DNA from: Eledone cirrhosa
Taxonomy: Eukaryota
Assembly (NCBI GenBank): GCA_964016885.1
Contig: OZ024740.1
Location: forward strand, 93,744,001 to 93,808,000
DNA length: 64,000 nt
Direction: 5' to 3'
Under the pieces are notes generated by a model. The model was not told the origin of the DNA and did not search any database. It saw nothing but the letters and a program-made list of their open reading frames with translations. Each line of letters begins with the position of its first letter. Positions within the stretch are counted from its first letter, which is position 1. Shown here in pieces: positions 29,661 through 42,724 of the stretch. The position numbers were made by a program, and so were the translations under genes.

Positions 29661-31134
29661 TATTCTAATTATTATTGTGTCTTTATTATAATAATACTCA
29701 GAATATTACAACACTGAATTTCCAGTTTATACTGCTATTATAAATAATATTCCACCCCGCATGTGACTTTCGAAAAATATAAATTCTATCAAAAATAACC
29801 ATGCTATTGAAGGAGCAGATATGAACACATGGTATTCAGAGTTACCGATATACGCTTTTATCAGCTCCGTGCATAAGAAGAACTTTATACAAGATGCACT
29901 TCCTCCTTCAATCCCGCAAATAAATGAAGACTCTTTTTATGTAGTCTCTGTCTGTCATATATTGTCGTAACATCTGTTTGCATTTGCCATTCCTAATCAT
30001 TCAACACTTTTTGCGTTTAATTTAGCTTCACATAAAAGAGATCAGTACACAGTATAGAAACGTATTTGATTATTTGTCTAAAACTACTACTGTTAGAATT
30101 CATAACTCAAGGAATTACACGAAAAGTTTGAAAAGAATCTCACAATGAAAAGTATATTCAAAAGAGTGGAAAACCTCCAAATGTTTGATATAATTCTAAG
30201 GACCATATGGTACAAATAATACCTTCACTATATTTCCGTTGAAATCAACGTTAATTGATTTATAAAATCTTTCGCATTTTACTCACTTTCATGATAACAC
30301 AATACAGAAGAATATGAGACGAAAATAATCTGGATAACCATAGAAAAATGTTCTTTTATATAATAGATCTTTGAATAATTGCAAGAATTAAAAGTAATAC
30401 TTTCGAATGTGTCTGATTTCTATTTTGTAAAATACAACATCATATTCCATTCTAAGAGTAAACAAAATTATATTCAAACTGAAATTAATTTAGTAACTAT
30501 ACATTTTCTTTACAGATAAAATAGTTTAATACTCTGGGCACATTTGCGTCCACAATTCGTCGAAAAACGTACAAATATAACACGTTGTATTTTAGGTTAA
30601 TTTAACCCGAAGATTTTACATTGGAGGTGGAATAAACTGAATGCAAAATATATATACTAACCTTTACGTATAATTAACAAAAAATAAATATATTGTTCTT
30701 GTATAAATATAATTTTAATCTAAAGTAATATTCAAAGTTCGTTCAACTGAAATTTTTCATTTTCATTATTACTTGGACATGTTTGTGTTTGTGTAAGCAA
30801 TTAATCATTTTTTTTAAATAATTTCTATCAAAGTTTCATTGTAGTTGTTGTATGTTCAATATAAGTTACTTATGTTTGAAACATGGTAATACTATTTTAA
30901 GTATGTTATCCTATTAGGCATAACAATGAAGGTAATATTGATGTAATATTTCTATTAATTTTATAATAATATCTATATAAATAAAGAGTCGCAAAGCAAC
31001 TTTGTTTATAAGCAGCTACAGAATTTTGAAATTAGGTTGTAACATGAGATTATGCCGTATTTGACGATATAGAATCAGTCTGTTAGTTGGGATTTAAAAA
31101 AGAAATTATCTGAATGGAAAAGAAAGGATTAGTT

Positions 31135-31210
31135 CAAACCATATGGGACACGAATCAACACATTTGATTTGCCGAACCTATGTGTTACCATTAAACCAAC
31201 ACGAAGCCCA
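31135..31210 (-). repeat. Possible decayed tRNA-derived SINE head
   Basis: A-box-like TGGTTTAATGG and B-box-like GATTCGTGTCC at tRNA spacing. No intact cloverleaf. Confidence 0.35.
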
Positions 31211-31238
31211 TACTTCCTGCCATTCACCTAGCACACAC

Positions 31239-31270
<32 letters not shown>

Positions 31271-31282
31271 TTATATATATAT

Positions 31283-31858
31283 AGGAACAAGTAAGACCCC
31301 GACGGCTGACTTCAAGCCGTTTCGACGGCTAATTCTGGACTGAATGAAAATTTATTCTGGTATTTAAATAGCCGAGCTTATCAAGGGGTAATTCCATTTC
31401 GCGAATAGATCGATTTTTTGCGTTAGCATTCGAAGGTAAAGTTTTTTCGGTGGGATTGGGATGTTCTTGGTAGAGAAGTCGATGTTGTGTTTTCGCATGT
31501 TGCGGGTGAAAGAAATTGAGCTTAGCGGAAAAGTCTGGATACGGCGTGGTAGGGTCGGAAAGTGCTCTACTACGGGGATAGGAGCTAGATAACGAAAACA
31601 CAACATCGACTTCTCTACCAAGAACATCCCAATCCCACCGAAAACATTTTACCTTCGTATGCTCACGCAAAAAAATCCATCTATTTGCGAAATGGAATTA
31701 CCCCTTGATAAGCTCGGCTATTTAAATACCAGAATACATTTTCATTCAGTCCAGAATTAGCCGTCTTACTTGATCCTATTACACACTCTACTACCCTAAG
31801 TATTGAGTACTTTGGTGCGTTATGGTCCACCTGGTTCCTTACCACATTTCCTTCGTTA
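31283..31858. mobile_element. PLE-derived mini-element in inverted arrangement (ORF N-terminus fused to pLTR hammerhead)
   Basis: Arms ~31325-31496 and ~31592-31766 are inverted. Encodes MRKHNIDFSTKNIPIPPKKLYLRMLTQKIDLFAK, homologous to the PLE N-terminus STKNIPIPS. Confidence 0.85.
31296..31389 (-). ncRNA. Type I hammerhead, U3-A8 core (TTGATAA)
   Basis: ACCCC TTGATAA GctCGGCTA...TAGCCGtC GAAA CGGCT tgaagtc AGCCG TC GGGGT. Confidence 0.78.
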
Positions 31859-31890
31859 TATATATATATATATATATACACATATATGTC

Positions 31891-31961
<71 letters not shown>

Positions 31962-32026
31962 TGCCATATATATATATACACACATATCTATATATATATA
32001 CATATATATATATATAGACACATATA

Positions 32027-32103
<77 letters not shown>

Positions 32104-32104
32104 T

Positions 32105-32138
<34 letters not shown>

Positions 32139-32141
32139 CAC

Positions 32142-32215
<74 letters not shown>

Positions 32216-32244
32216 TATATATATTTATTAAAATAAATATATAT

Positions 32245-32724
32245 ATATTGTTATGCTTTGGGAGGGTCATGTTGAAAATAAGAAACACAGCACCTGATGG
32301 TTTCACTTCAATTTATTATAAATTAAATTTATAAATTTAGGAATTTATAAATTACCGGTTGGTTGGTTGGTTCCACAACCAGACGATTGTTCATATATTG
32401 TCAAAGCTCATTCGTCACACATGTTGTGACCTCTTCAGTGAACGAGGATTCTTTTCTTTGTGTTTCTGCCACTCCTTTGTTCTACCCTACAAAGGAGAGG
32501 CACAAAAACAAAGAAAAGAATCACCAGTCACTGAAGAGGTCACAGAATATGTGACGAATAAACTTTGACAATATATGAACAATCGTCTGGTTGTGGAACC
32601 AACCAAGCAACCGGTAATTTATAAATTCCTAAATTTATTAATTAAATGTATAATAAATTGAAGTGAAAGTAACTGGCGCGTTACTTTGTTAGTGGTAACA
32701 TGACCCTCCCAAAGCATAACAATA
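32245..32724. repeat. ~480-bp imperfect palindrome with two degenerate hammerheads (32400-32442 -, 32527-32569 +)
   Basis: Centre ctcctttgt-tctaccct-acaaaggag at ~32484. Motif GTCA CTGAAGA g GTCACA..TGTGAC GAAT..TGAC. Confidence 0.88.
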
Positions 32725-32781
32725 TCAGTTTCAACACACGTTTTCAGATAAATAATCTTGCTAGATAAAGGCAGAAACGAA

Positions 32782-32837
<56 letters not shown>

Positions 32838-32839
<2 letters not shown>

Positions 32840-32969
32840 CGAAGGAAAAGTGGTAAGGAACCAGGTGGACCATAACGCACCAAAGTACTCAATACTTAGG
32901 GTAGTAGAGTGGGTAATAGGAACGAGTAGGACCCCGACGGCTGAGCTCAAGCCGTTTCAACGGCTAATT
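32838..32969 (-). repeat. AACGAAGG-family fragment
   Basis: Matches 17931-18062. Confidence 0.85.
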
Positions 32970-33010
32970 AAATCAAATATGTAAAATTTGGCTTCGTTTA
33001 TTATGAATTA

Positions 33011-33108
33011 AGTCCTGGTATCGGTTAATTGTCTCCCTCCCCCTTTTCTTGCACTCTCGTGTCAAATAGGCTGACTACATATACAATCAAGCACGATCTT
33101 TTTTCCTT
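33011..33108 (-). mobile_element. Tiny R4/Dong RLE fragment
   Basis: Matches 36798-36890. Confidence 0.6.
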
Positions 33109-33129
33109 ATTATTATTATTATTATTATC

Positions 33130-36100
33130 TGCATTTATCTTGCTTTATGTTCATACGAGTTATCACCAAGTCACAACCAGTGACCTCAAGAGACAACAAG
33201 GTCCGCCATGTTCAAGAAAGGACGCACATATTCACACATGCATCCTTAGTGTTTAGACTTGTGATGTACTTATATTGACAGGATCTTCCTTAGTATATGG
33301 GCAGTTCCCATTAGTACTATCTTTTGTATTTCTCCTATACGCGGGTTTCCTGGGATGTGCGATAAGTAGTCGTTAGACCCCTTAGGTATCATTCCCAGAG
33401 CGCCTACAACGACTGGTATTGTTTTAGTTCTCAATTTCCACATTTTTCCAATTTCTATCTCCAGGTCCTTATACTTGCTCAATTTTTCAAATGTTTTTAT
33501 AGATACATTCTTGTCTATTGGAACAGACATATCAATTAGCAGGCATACCCTCCTTTGAAATTATTATATCAGGTCTATTTGCATCTATTTTTCGGACTGT
33601 TTGGATGCTAATGTTCCACAAGATTGAGATGCGATCTTTTTCAAGTATGGGAGGTGGTTGATGCTCCCACCAATTCTTTTGATGGGGCAGGTCAAAATGC
33701 TTACACATCATCCAATGTATGTATTGTGCAGCTCGGTCATGCCTGTTTAGGTCTTCGGTTGGAGCTATAGGACTGCACATTGAAATTATATGGTCAATGG
33801 TCTCTGGTTGTTTTTTGCATACACGGCATAATGGGCTGCACCCATTTTTTTATTATGTTGGCTTGGTAATTTTTTGTTGGCAGACACTGATCTTGTGCCG
33901 ATATAATCAGTCCTTCAGTCTCCGATTTCAGTCCAGAGGATGCCAGCCACTGATGGGTTACAGTTTTGTCAACATCAGGATTGTAGCTCGCTCTGGGTAT
34001 TTTCCATACAGTGGCTTTTCTTGCCATTTCTTAGCCAGTTTCTGTAGCAGTTCTTTCTTTGCAGTTACTTTTACCTGCTTTGCTTTTTCTGTGTTTTCCA
34101 TTTCAGCAGTAAATGGGACTTCTGAAATTCGTAGTTTATTACTGTATCTATGTGCATCTTTTGTAATGGAATATGATCTTTTGGTGCTTTCGTGTTTCAA
34201 AACGAGTTTGATCATCCAATCATGTGATTCCCTTAGATATGTGGATAATCCAATTGTTGCAGTTTTCAACGCAATGTCTAACTGGATTAACCCACGCCCT
34301 CCTTCTTTTCTAGGGAGATATATTCTATCTATGTCTGCCTTAGGGTGATGCATTCTGTGCATGGTTAAGATTTTCGGATTTTAGTATCGAGCCTACGGAT
34401 CTCTGTGCTTGACCAGTTGATGAGATTGTAACTGTAGGTTACTACTGGTATGGCAAGCGTGTTTATGGCATCGATCCTATTCCTTGCATTCAATTCCGTT
34501 CTTAAGATTGCTCTGACTCTGCGGTAACATTCCTTCCTTATCCTTTCCCTCCTTGTCGAGTGCTTGATTCCGTCTCCTTCACAAACACCTAGATATTTGT
34601 AAGTTTTTTCTTGATCAAGCTCTCTTATCACGTTCCCCCGATCAAGATTAATGTCTGCACTCTTCAGCAGCTTTCCTCTGGTGAACGTTGCTTTGGCGCA
34701 TTTATCCAGTCCAAACTCCATTTTAATGTCATCACTGAACTGCTTCACAGTGGATAATAGCCCTTGCAATTGTTCATCATTTTTTGCAAATAGTTTCAGG
34801 TCATCCATGTAGAACAAGTGATTAATGGTTTTGTCATAGACTCTATATCCATGTTTTGTTTCATTGAGCATTTTACTTAATGGTATAAGTGCGATGCAGA
34901 ATAAAAGCGGTGATAAAGAGTCACCCTGAAAAATTCCACAATTAATATTAACTTCTCCAGCTTCCAGTGATTTTGTTTCACTATTCAAAAGGAGTGTCGT
35001 TCTCCATGTCTTCATACTGAATGACAAAAACCTCCTGACAACGGGGGATATTTTGAAAATATCTAAACATTTTTCAATCCAACTGTGTGGCAAACTATCG
35101 AATGCTTTTTTATAATCTATCCAAACAATCGATAGATTTTTGTGTCTATTATGACAATCTTCCAATATCATTTTGTTAACCAGAAGCTGATCCTTACAGC
35201 CATATGAGCCTCGTTTACACCCTTTCTGCTCAATGGGAAATAGGTCATTTGTTATCAGCTGGTCATATGTGTATTCAGTTAGGACTGATGTTAAAATGTT
35301 ATACATTGTGTTCAAGCAAGTTATCGGTCTGTAATTTTTGGGATTGTTTGTCTCATCATTCTTCGGTAGCCGGAATGTAATGCCGTTAACTAGCCATGAT
35401 GGTATCTTTTCTGGCTCCTTAACTATTTCATTGTAAAGTTGGGCTAACAGCTCATGAGTCTCTGTGAAGGTATTTATCCAAAAGTTTTGTATTTTGTCTT
35501 TTCCTGGGGATGTCCATTTGCTGGTTTTTCTTAGAGCCAAGTGCAACTATTCAACTGTTATATTTTTCCATGTTTGTTCCTCAAGGTGAGCTGTATCTTT
35601 CATTTGTCTGTCTATCCATGGGGCATGTATGTTATGAACTTTTTCTTCGGCCCAGATCTTTTCCCAGAATTCTTGCACTTCCTCCTTGGGTGGTATTGAT
35701 TTAGCAGTTATTGTTGACTTACCAATTTTTCTGTAGAAATTTCTTTGGTTGTTTTTGAACATATTATTGTCCTTATAGAATCTAGATCATTTTTCAAAGC
35801 GCCTTATACGAGCAGCTTTGGCCGACACTTTTTGCTTGATTTTTTCTATCCGCATGTCTATGTCACATGTTGATCTTTTACTGTACTTTTTTTTCAATTT
35901 TCTATGTTTAGTTTGTTTAACATGTTCACCTACTTTATAGTTTGTTAAAATGTCTATGTCAGATCGGAGAAGGTTTATTTGGCGATTGATGTTATCTTGC
36001 CAAGTAGATTTCTTGTGAGAATTCCTTTGTTTTTTCATCTCCACTCCACATAAGTCAGTGGTGACTTTAGCCGATGCATATTAGAGATGATTTAAGTCAG

Positions 36101-36478
36101 TAATGTTTAGTTTGTTTGTGACGATAATGTTTTTGAGAATTATGTTAGTCTTGTGTATTATCTTTTGGTTCTGTTTGGAGTTCTGGATCTTAGGGAGGGT
36201 GTCTCGTTGCCCCATGTCAGATTCTTTCATTTTCATCCATTCGATCATAATTTCATCCTTCAAGTTGGCAAGTTCATTCTCATTCATTTCTTTATCATTT
36301 ACGATCTCATTATTTTCATTTGGAGTTTCATCCTGAGCATGCACTCCCTCCACATTTTCGCTCCTTTATTTAATTTGTTCCGTTGCCAGTGATTCCGCCC
36401 CAACCCTGGGATTCGAAGTGTTACAGTTTACCTCGTTTTCACTGACACATGCTTCATTTTCACTTCGCTGACTTTGTG

Positions 36479-36481
<3 letters not shown>
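33130..36481 (-). mobile_element. R4/Dong-clade RLE LINE, family 1, 5'-truncated, frameshifted
   Basis: RT (NYRPITCL, IDYKKAFDS, GIFQGDSLSPLLF, YMDDLK), YLPRKEGGRGL, RHD, RPDII and K..KYKDL RLE motifs. (TAA)n tail. Confidence 0.92.
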
Positions 36482-36515
<34 letters not shown>

Positions 36516-36525
36516 GTTGTTGTTA

Positions 36526-37355
36526 TTCCTTGAATCTCAGTCATTGATGTTGGTTAACTGGAAAGTCCGTTGGATTGAATATCAAGCCACTACCTGCAGC
36601 CTCATATATTCAGGACGTATCGGAGGGTTCTTGCTGTTCCAAGCAAGCATGCCTTTTGAAGCGTTCCAAAAAGCGTGAAGGGGCCGATTTTCTTTAACCA
36701 TCCCTGGAAACTTTTGGAGATAGTCCCCAGTGCGCCTATGACAATCGGGATCACTTTGACTTCATGGCAGTTCCAAATCCTTTTCACCTCCCACTTTAGG
36801 TCCTGGTATCGGTTAATTTTCTCCCTCTCCTTCTCTTGCACTCTCGTGGCGAACGGGCAGGCCACATCCACAATCAGGCACGATCTTTTTTCTTTGTCCA
36901 CAACCACCAGGTCAGGTCTATTGTGTTCCAGTTTTTTGTCCGTCTGTATCCTAAAATCCCACAGCACCTTCACCTGATTGTTCTCCATCACCGCCTCTGG
37001 CCTATGCTCATACCATTTCTCAGAATGTGGTAAATTGTTTACTTTGCACAGGTGCCAGTGGATCACCCTGCCCATCACATCGTGTCTCCAGCCCTTATAG
37101 TGGGTCTGGGCTAGGTGTTTACACTCGGACACAATGTGAGCCACAGTCTCCTCTCTCTCTCCACAGATCCTGCACAGTGGGCTAGCCTCCTCCTTGTAGA
37201 TACGGTGCTTCAACCACTTCGTTTTGAGGGCCTGCTCCTGCGCAGCCATTAGCATTCCTTCTGTAGCCTTTTTGAGGTCCCCTCTTCTCAACCCAACCAG
37301 TTCCATGTCTGTGGATCTCTAAATTCAGTTTTCTCAAAGAAGGTACTATGAAGGG

Positions 37356-37356
<1 letters not shown>
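36526..37356 (-). mobile_element. R4/Dong LINE, family 2, short 5'-truncated copy with open RLE domain
   Basis: ORF 36602-37306: CRIC..ETVAHIVSEC, RHD, RPDLVVVD..VDVACP, YQDLK. (TAA)n on both sides. Confidence 0.92.
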
Positions 37357-37388
<32 letters not shown>

Positions 37389-37389
37389 G

Positions 37390-40300
37390 TTCTTTGAGAC
37401 TCAGTGATTGATGTTAGTTAACTGGAAGGTTTGTTGAAATTAATATCAAGCTACTACCTGCAGCCTCAGATATTCAGGACGTTTCGGAGGGTTCTTGCTG
37501 TTACCAGCAACCATGCCTTTTGAAGTGTTCCAAAAAGGGGAGCGGGGCCAATTTCTTTAACAATCCCTGGTAAGATTTTGAGATAGTACCTAGTGCGCCT
37601 ATGACAATCGGGACCCCTTTGACTTCATGGCAGTTCCAAATCCTTTTTACCTCCCACATTAAGTCCTGGTTTCAGTTAATTTTCTCCCTATCCTTCTCTT
37701 GCACTTTCGTATCGAATGAGCAGGCCACATCCATGACCAGACACGATCTGTTTTACTTGTCATAAAACCACACAGGTCAGGTATATTGTTTTCCAGTTTC
37801 TTGTCCGTCTGTATCCTAAAATCCCACAGCACCTTCACCTGATCGTTTTCTATCACCGCCTCTGGCTTATGCTCATACCACTTCACAGAATGTGGTAAAC
37901 TGTTTACTTTGCATAGGTGCCAGTGGATCACCCTGCCAATCACCTCATGTCTCCAGCCTTTATAGTGAGTCTGGGCTAGGTGTTTACACTCGGATACAAT
38001 GTGAGCCACAGTCTCCTCTCTCTCTCCACGGATCCTGCACAGTGGGCTAGCCTCCTCCTTGTAAATATGGTGTTTCAAGTACTTCGTTTTGAGGGCCTGC
38101 TCTTGCGCAGCCATTAACATTCCTTCTGTAGCCTATTTAAGGTCTCCTCTTTTTTAAGCAGTTCCATGTCTGTGGTTCTCTGAATTCAGTTTTCTCAAAG
38201 AAGGTACTATTAAGTGATTTTTCATGAAGGCTGCTCTTTCGCCTTGTTGTTATTTCCTCCTTGGACATCCCCTGGTCTATTGTCCTCTCCTTCAGTACAG
38301 TTCCGAGCATTGGCTCCTTACTATCAGTCACGTATTTGTGTATGTTGTTTTTCTCCATCTGGACACAGTCCTCTTTGCTGACAAGACCTCTTCCCCCTTC
38401 AGATTTGCTTAAGTAGAGTCTATCGACATCATTCCTCTTGTGGAACATGTTGTAGATAGTCAATATCTTCCTGGTCTTCCTATCCATTTCTTTTTGTTCA
38501 GCAACATTCCATCTCAGAATTCCCGCACTGTACCTAATAATAGACACAGCTCGAGAATTTACTGCACTTATGGCATTCCTACTGTTCAGATGCGACTTTA
38601 ATACGCTCCTTACTCTCCGAATGTATTCAGGTATTATCAATTCCTTCATGTTTTTACTTTTTGATGTCATCAGCCTCCAGAACACCCAAATACTTGTATC
38701 CTTCTTCAGTGTCAATTTCCTTTATCATCTCACCTGTTGGTACCTGGATTATGTTGCTTCTGCTCAATTTACCCCTCTTCATCACAAGGACACCACACTT
38801 ACTAATACCAAATTGCATACATATATCATTGCTGAAAATATGGACAGTGTCAACAAGCACATCCAACTCCTGTTCACTCTTCCCGAAGAGCTTAAGATCG
38901 TCCATGAAGAGGAGGTGATTGATGGTAAGATCTCCCTTTCCCAACTTGTATCCTGCTCTCACCTTTCGCAGTATAATGTCAGGGTCATCAGGGCAAAGAC
39001 AAACAACAGAGGGGACAGACTATCTCCCTGGAAAATACCTCTCTTGATCTTCACGCCTCCCAAGGATTCTCCAGCTGATGTTAACTCTGTTTTCCAGGAC
39101 ATCATACTTTTGCCCAACAACTGTCTGATGTTATCTGTCAAATGCCTTTTTGTAGTCTATCCATCCCATGGCAAAACCAGTGTGTCTCCTCTTGCAATTC
39201 CTCATGACGATCTTATCAACAAATAACTGGTCCTTTGTTACCACGGGACTTCTTTCGGCATCCTTTTTGTTCGTCCGGTAACAAGTTGTTTGTGTGGAAG
39301 TGATGGTAGATTTCCTCAGACCTAATGCTTGTCAACACTTTCCACATTACGGACAGACCTGTAATAGGTCTATAGTTGGTAACATCATTACCCTTGATTC
39401 GGTCTTTCATTACCAGAACTGTGATACCTTTTGTCAACCACTCTGGTATCTCACCTGACATCAAGCAGTCATTGAACATGGTTGTCAGTTTCGGGTGGAG
39501 GGATGTTATAAGTTTAATCCAATACACTTGCGCACCATCTGGGCCTGGTGATTTCGAGTTGGTTAGTTTTGTTGCCTGCCCCTTAAGAGTTTCAACTGTG
39601 ATACTCAAATCAGTTTGTTGGTGTGCCTGTTCACCAATCTCCTTTTGTACTGTCTCAATCCACACTGCCAGGTCATTATGTTTAACATCCTGCTCCCATA
39701 TTCCTCTCCAGAATGTTTTAGTTTGATCCGCCTCAGGGATCAAGTCGTTGCCTCTTTCTTTCCCTTCAAGCTGTCCAAACAGCATCTTCAGGTTGTTGTC
39801 GAACATGCGGTTCTGTCTTTACTGACTGACTCTCTTCTCGTATCGCCTGATTTTTGCACTCTTTGCTACAATGCGTTGCTTCAGTTCCTCTATGATAATA
39901 TTTTCATTTTCACTCTTAGTTTTGTACTTTATTTCCAGTCTATTTTTAGTGTCTATGTTTTTAGTGTCCCATTCAGTAGGGACTCAAGATTTCCAATGTC
40001 ATTTCTCATTTCCCTGATTTTACAATTCAGTCGTTTCTTCCACCAAGGCTCTGATCTTTCTTGTTTGTTGTTTCCTCTCGCTTTTATACCAAGTAATTTC
40101 CTCACCGCATTTGCTGTTGCTTTGAGGATATTGTTGCACCGGTGAAGGCTCCTCGCCTCAAGTTATGGGATGACTTTGTTTACCTTAGCTGCTGTTTCTT
40201 TTAACTTTTTCCAGTCTACAAATCTTAGGTACATAAGTTTCCATCTATCATTGTTCAATTCATCTACCACTAAGTTTAGGATATCAACCAAATCGTGTCC

Positions 40301-40945
40301 TAGCCCGTCAGCATTCATCACCTCAATGGCCGTATCTTTGTTCCAGGTATTATTTATTTCAGCATTCAGATCATTGTCTGCTTCGGACGGTTCCTCCGTT
40401 CTCTCAACCTCTTCACCTTCATTTCCCACTAGGTCGTTTGCCTGGCATACTCCACACTCCATTTCCAACGTAATATCTCTGCTCAGTTCCTCCAGTTCCA
40501 GCTCGCTTATCCACCCATTAGTTCTTACTACCCGAGCCTGCCCGGCAATTATTGTTCATCTAACTTAAATAGACCAATATCGTTCCATATGTTATGCATC
40601 CGTTTCCTATAGCCTTTCTCCTTGAGGTTACTCTTCAGGTAACATTGCATAACAGTTCTATTCAATTCTTTCGTCCAGTTGGTTCTGGTCCCTTTCCTTC
40701 TTCTTCTTCCTCCGACACCAGCAGTATTTGGTTGACAGCCAGGTCCCTGCTGCTGAGCCAGGGAGCACCTGCTGGGTGAGAGTATGTCACATGAAATTCT
40801 AGTCTCCACTTCACCGTTATTCGAACTGTTTAGGTTCGACATTTAAACACTCTTATCGTCTACATTTGCAAGCAGGGGTTAACCATTACAAAGTCGGCAA
40901 GTGGGGTGTTACAGCCCTTGTCTAACCCCCTCCCCCCTCCCCCCG
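37390..40945 (-). mobile_element. R4/Dong LINE, family 2, full length, decayed
   Basis: N-terminal NWTKELNRTVMQCY..GYRKRMHNIW, RT (GIFQGDSLSPLLF, FMDDLK) and RLE. ORF span ~37466-40842 with many frameshifts. Confidence 0.92.
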
Positions 40946-41010
40946 GGTAATTATGGGATTTACGGTCGAAGTAAGTCCTACGCAATCTGTGTTTGCATGC
41001 AGTTACCAGT

Positions 41011-42402
41011 CAGTGGCGGATTTAACAGGTGGCGAAGGTGGCAAATGCCGACTGGGCCCCTGCCGACTGGGCGCTTGCCAAAAAAAAAAATTGTAATTTG
41101 GGCGATATCCAAAAATACCTCCCCCATGCCTAGGGATAAATAACTTCGCTGTTCGCTGCTGATATGAGGTTAAATAACTTCGCTGATGGCTGCTGGCTGC
41201 TGAAATGAGGCTATTCCAACAAATTTACATTCCCTTTTTTTTAGCCGTTAAAAGAAATATAGATTTATTTATTCATTTGAAACGTTTTTGTTAGTTTCAT
41301 TGTTTTGTTTTTTTGGCGATATTTTTGTTAGTTTCTTGTTTTTTTTTTTAGTTTCTTTTTGATTTATTCCTTGTGACTGAGTGCTTTGAACGTTCAACAG
41401 ATAAATTGGAAGAACTCAGATGCGATCACAAATTTTAACAACTTGTGGACCAGGCAAAGAAAGCCTGGAATGACGTGGGATTTGATGCATCTGAAACTGA
41501 TTTCAAAATAACGCGAGTAAGGAGAAGAAAGATTATGGATGGTGAAGTTTGTGGTGTTGAGAGACTAGCTACTGCTTCAGATAGATATCGCACTGCAATT
41601 TATTTTCAATCACTGGATAGTATGATTGGGGAGATGAGAGCCCGAACTGAAGGAATAAAAAAAATATCTTCAATCTTTGGATTTTTGAGTCCAAATCGAC
41701 TGGCTAAATGCTCAGATGATTAACTAAAAACACATGTAGCAACATTGGTAGATAACTTTCCAAATGAATTCACACTGGAACTCAGAAATGAACTCTTTTC
41801 TTTCATTGGCCGCTACTTTTCACAGCCAAACGCAGCTTTAAAACAAAGTGGGGTTATGCCATATCTGAAATTTTTACTGAACAATGACTTGTGTGATGTC
41901 TTTCCCGAGTTTGAAATTCTGGTAAGGCTATTTCTCACTTTAACAATTGGCATAGCAAGTGCGGAACGCTCTTTCAGTGTTCTACGAAGAATTAAAAATT
42001 ATCTTCGTTCAACGATGGGCCAGGAGAGGCTATCCAGTTTTGCCCTGCTGGCAATTGAAAACAAAATTACTAAATCAGTAAACTTGGACCACGCTATAAC
42101 TCATATTTCAACTGTTAAAGCTCGCAGAGGTCTGCGCATGTAAAAGCAATTTGTGTAAAAGACTAACATATATACAACTTTATTACTTTATTATTTGTTT
42201 ACAGTACAGCACATCTGTTTGTTTGTTTCAAATAAAGTGTACTTGTAATTTAATTGTCTTCTTAATGATTATTGGTAGCTAAATGGGAAATTAAAAAAAA
42301 AACTTGTTCAATACTCGCTCGAAAAAAGGTACTTTCATTTTCACTCTGGGACCTCCTTACTGACCAAAGCCGACTGGGCCCTATTCCTTAAATCCGCAAC
42401 TG
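41011..42402 (+). mobile_element. hAT DNA transposon, internally deleted
   Basis: TIRs CAGTGGCGGATTTAA / TTAAATCCGCAACTG. 8-bp TSD TTACCAGT at 41003 and 42403. Confidence 0.95.
41445..42143 (+). pseudogene. hAT transposase C-terminal dimerisation domain
   Basis: ASAERSFSVLRRIKNYLRSTMGQERLS. In-frame stop at ~41721. Confidence 0.9.
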
Positions 42403-42724
42403 TTACCAGTTCGTCTTTTTGTTTAGGAGTTGGTCCGTCGAAAACAACATTTGTAAAGTTCCTCCGAGCATAAATTGCACGGACGGATTCCTCCCGTGTA
42501 AGAGTTGGCTCTGGACAGTAAGCTCCAAGTGAGATCATAGGTAATATTGTCATCTTTGAGGTCCCAGATGTGGCCCGAATGTGTGTTGGCTAGATAACGA
42601 AGGAAATGTGGTAAGGAACCAGGTGGACCATAACGCACCAAAGTACACGATACTTAGGGTAGTTGAGTGGGTAATAGGAACAAATAATAATAATAATAAT
42701 AATTATTATTATTATTATTATTAT

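Larger units (their letters stand above)
40950..42675 (-). mobile_element. PLE GIY-YIG C-terminal remnant preceded by AACGAAGG pLTR piece, interrupted by hAT
   Basis: HIWDLKDDNITYDLTWSLL..CNLCSEE, then KDELVT|ACKHRLR rejoined across the hAT. Confidence 0.8.

Noticed and set aside
31135-31210. tRNA gene
   Set aside because: Only A/B-box-like remnants. Acceptor and anticodon stems do not form.
40845-40945. HDV-like ribozyme at Dong 5' end
   Set aside because: A GGGGTTA/TAACCCC helix exists, but P1.1, P2 and the catalytic strand could not be fitted.
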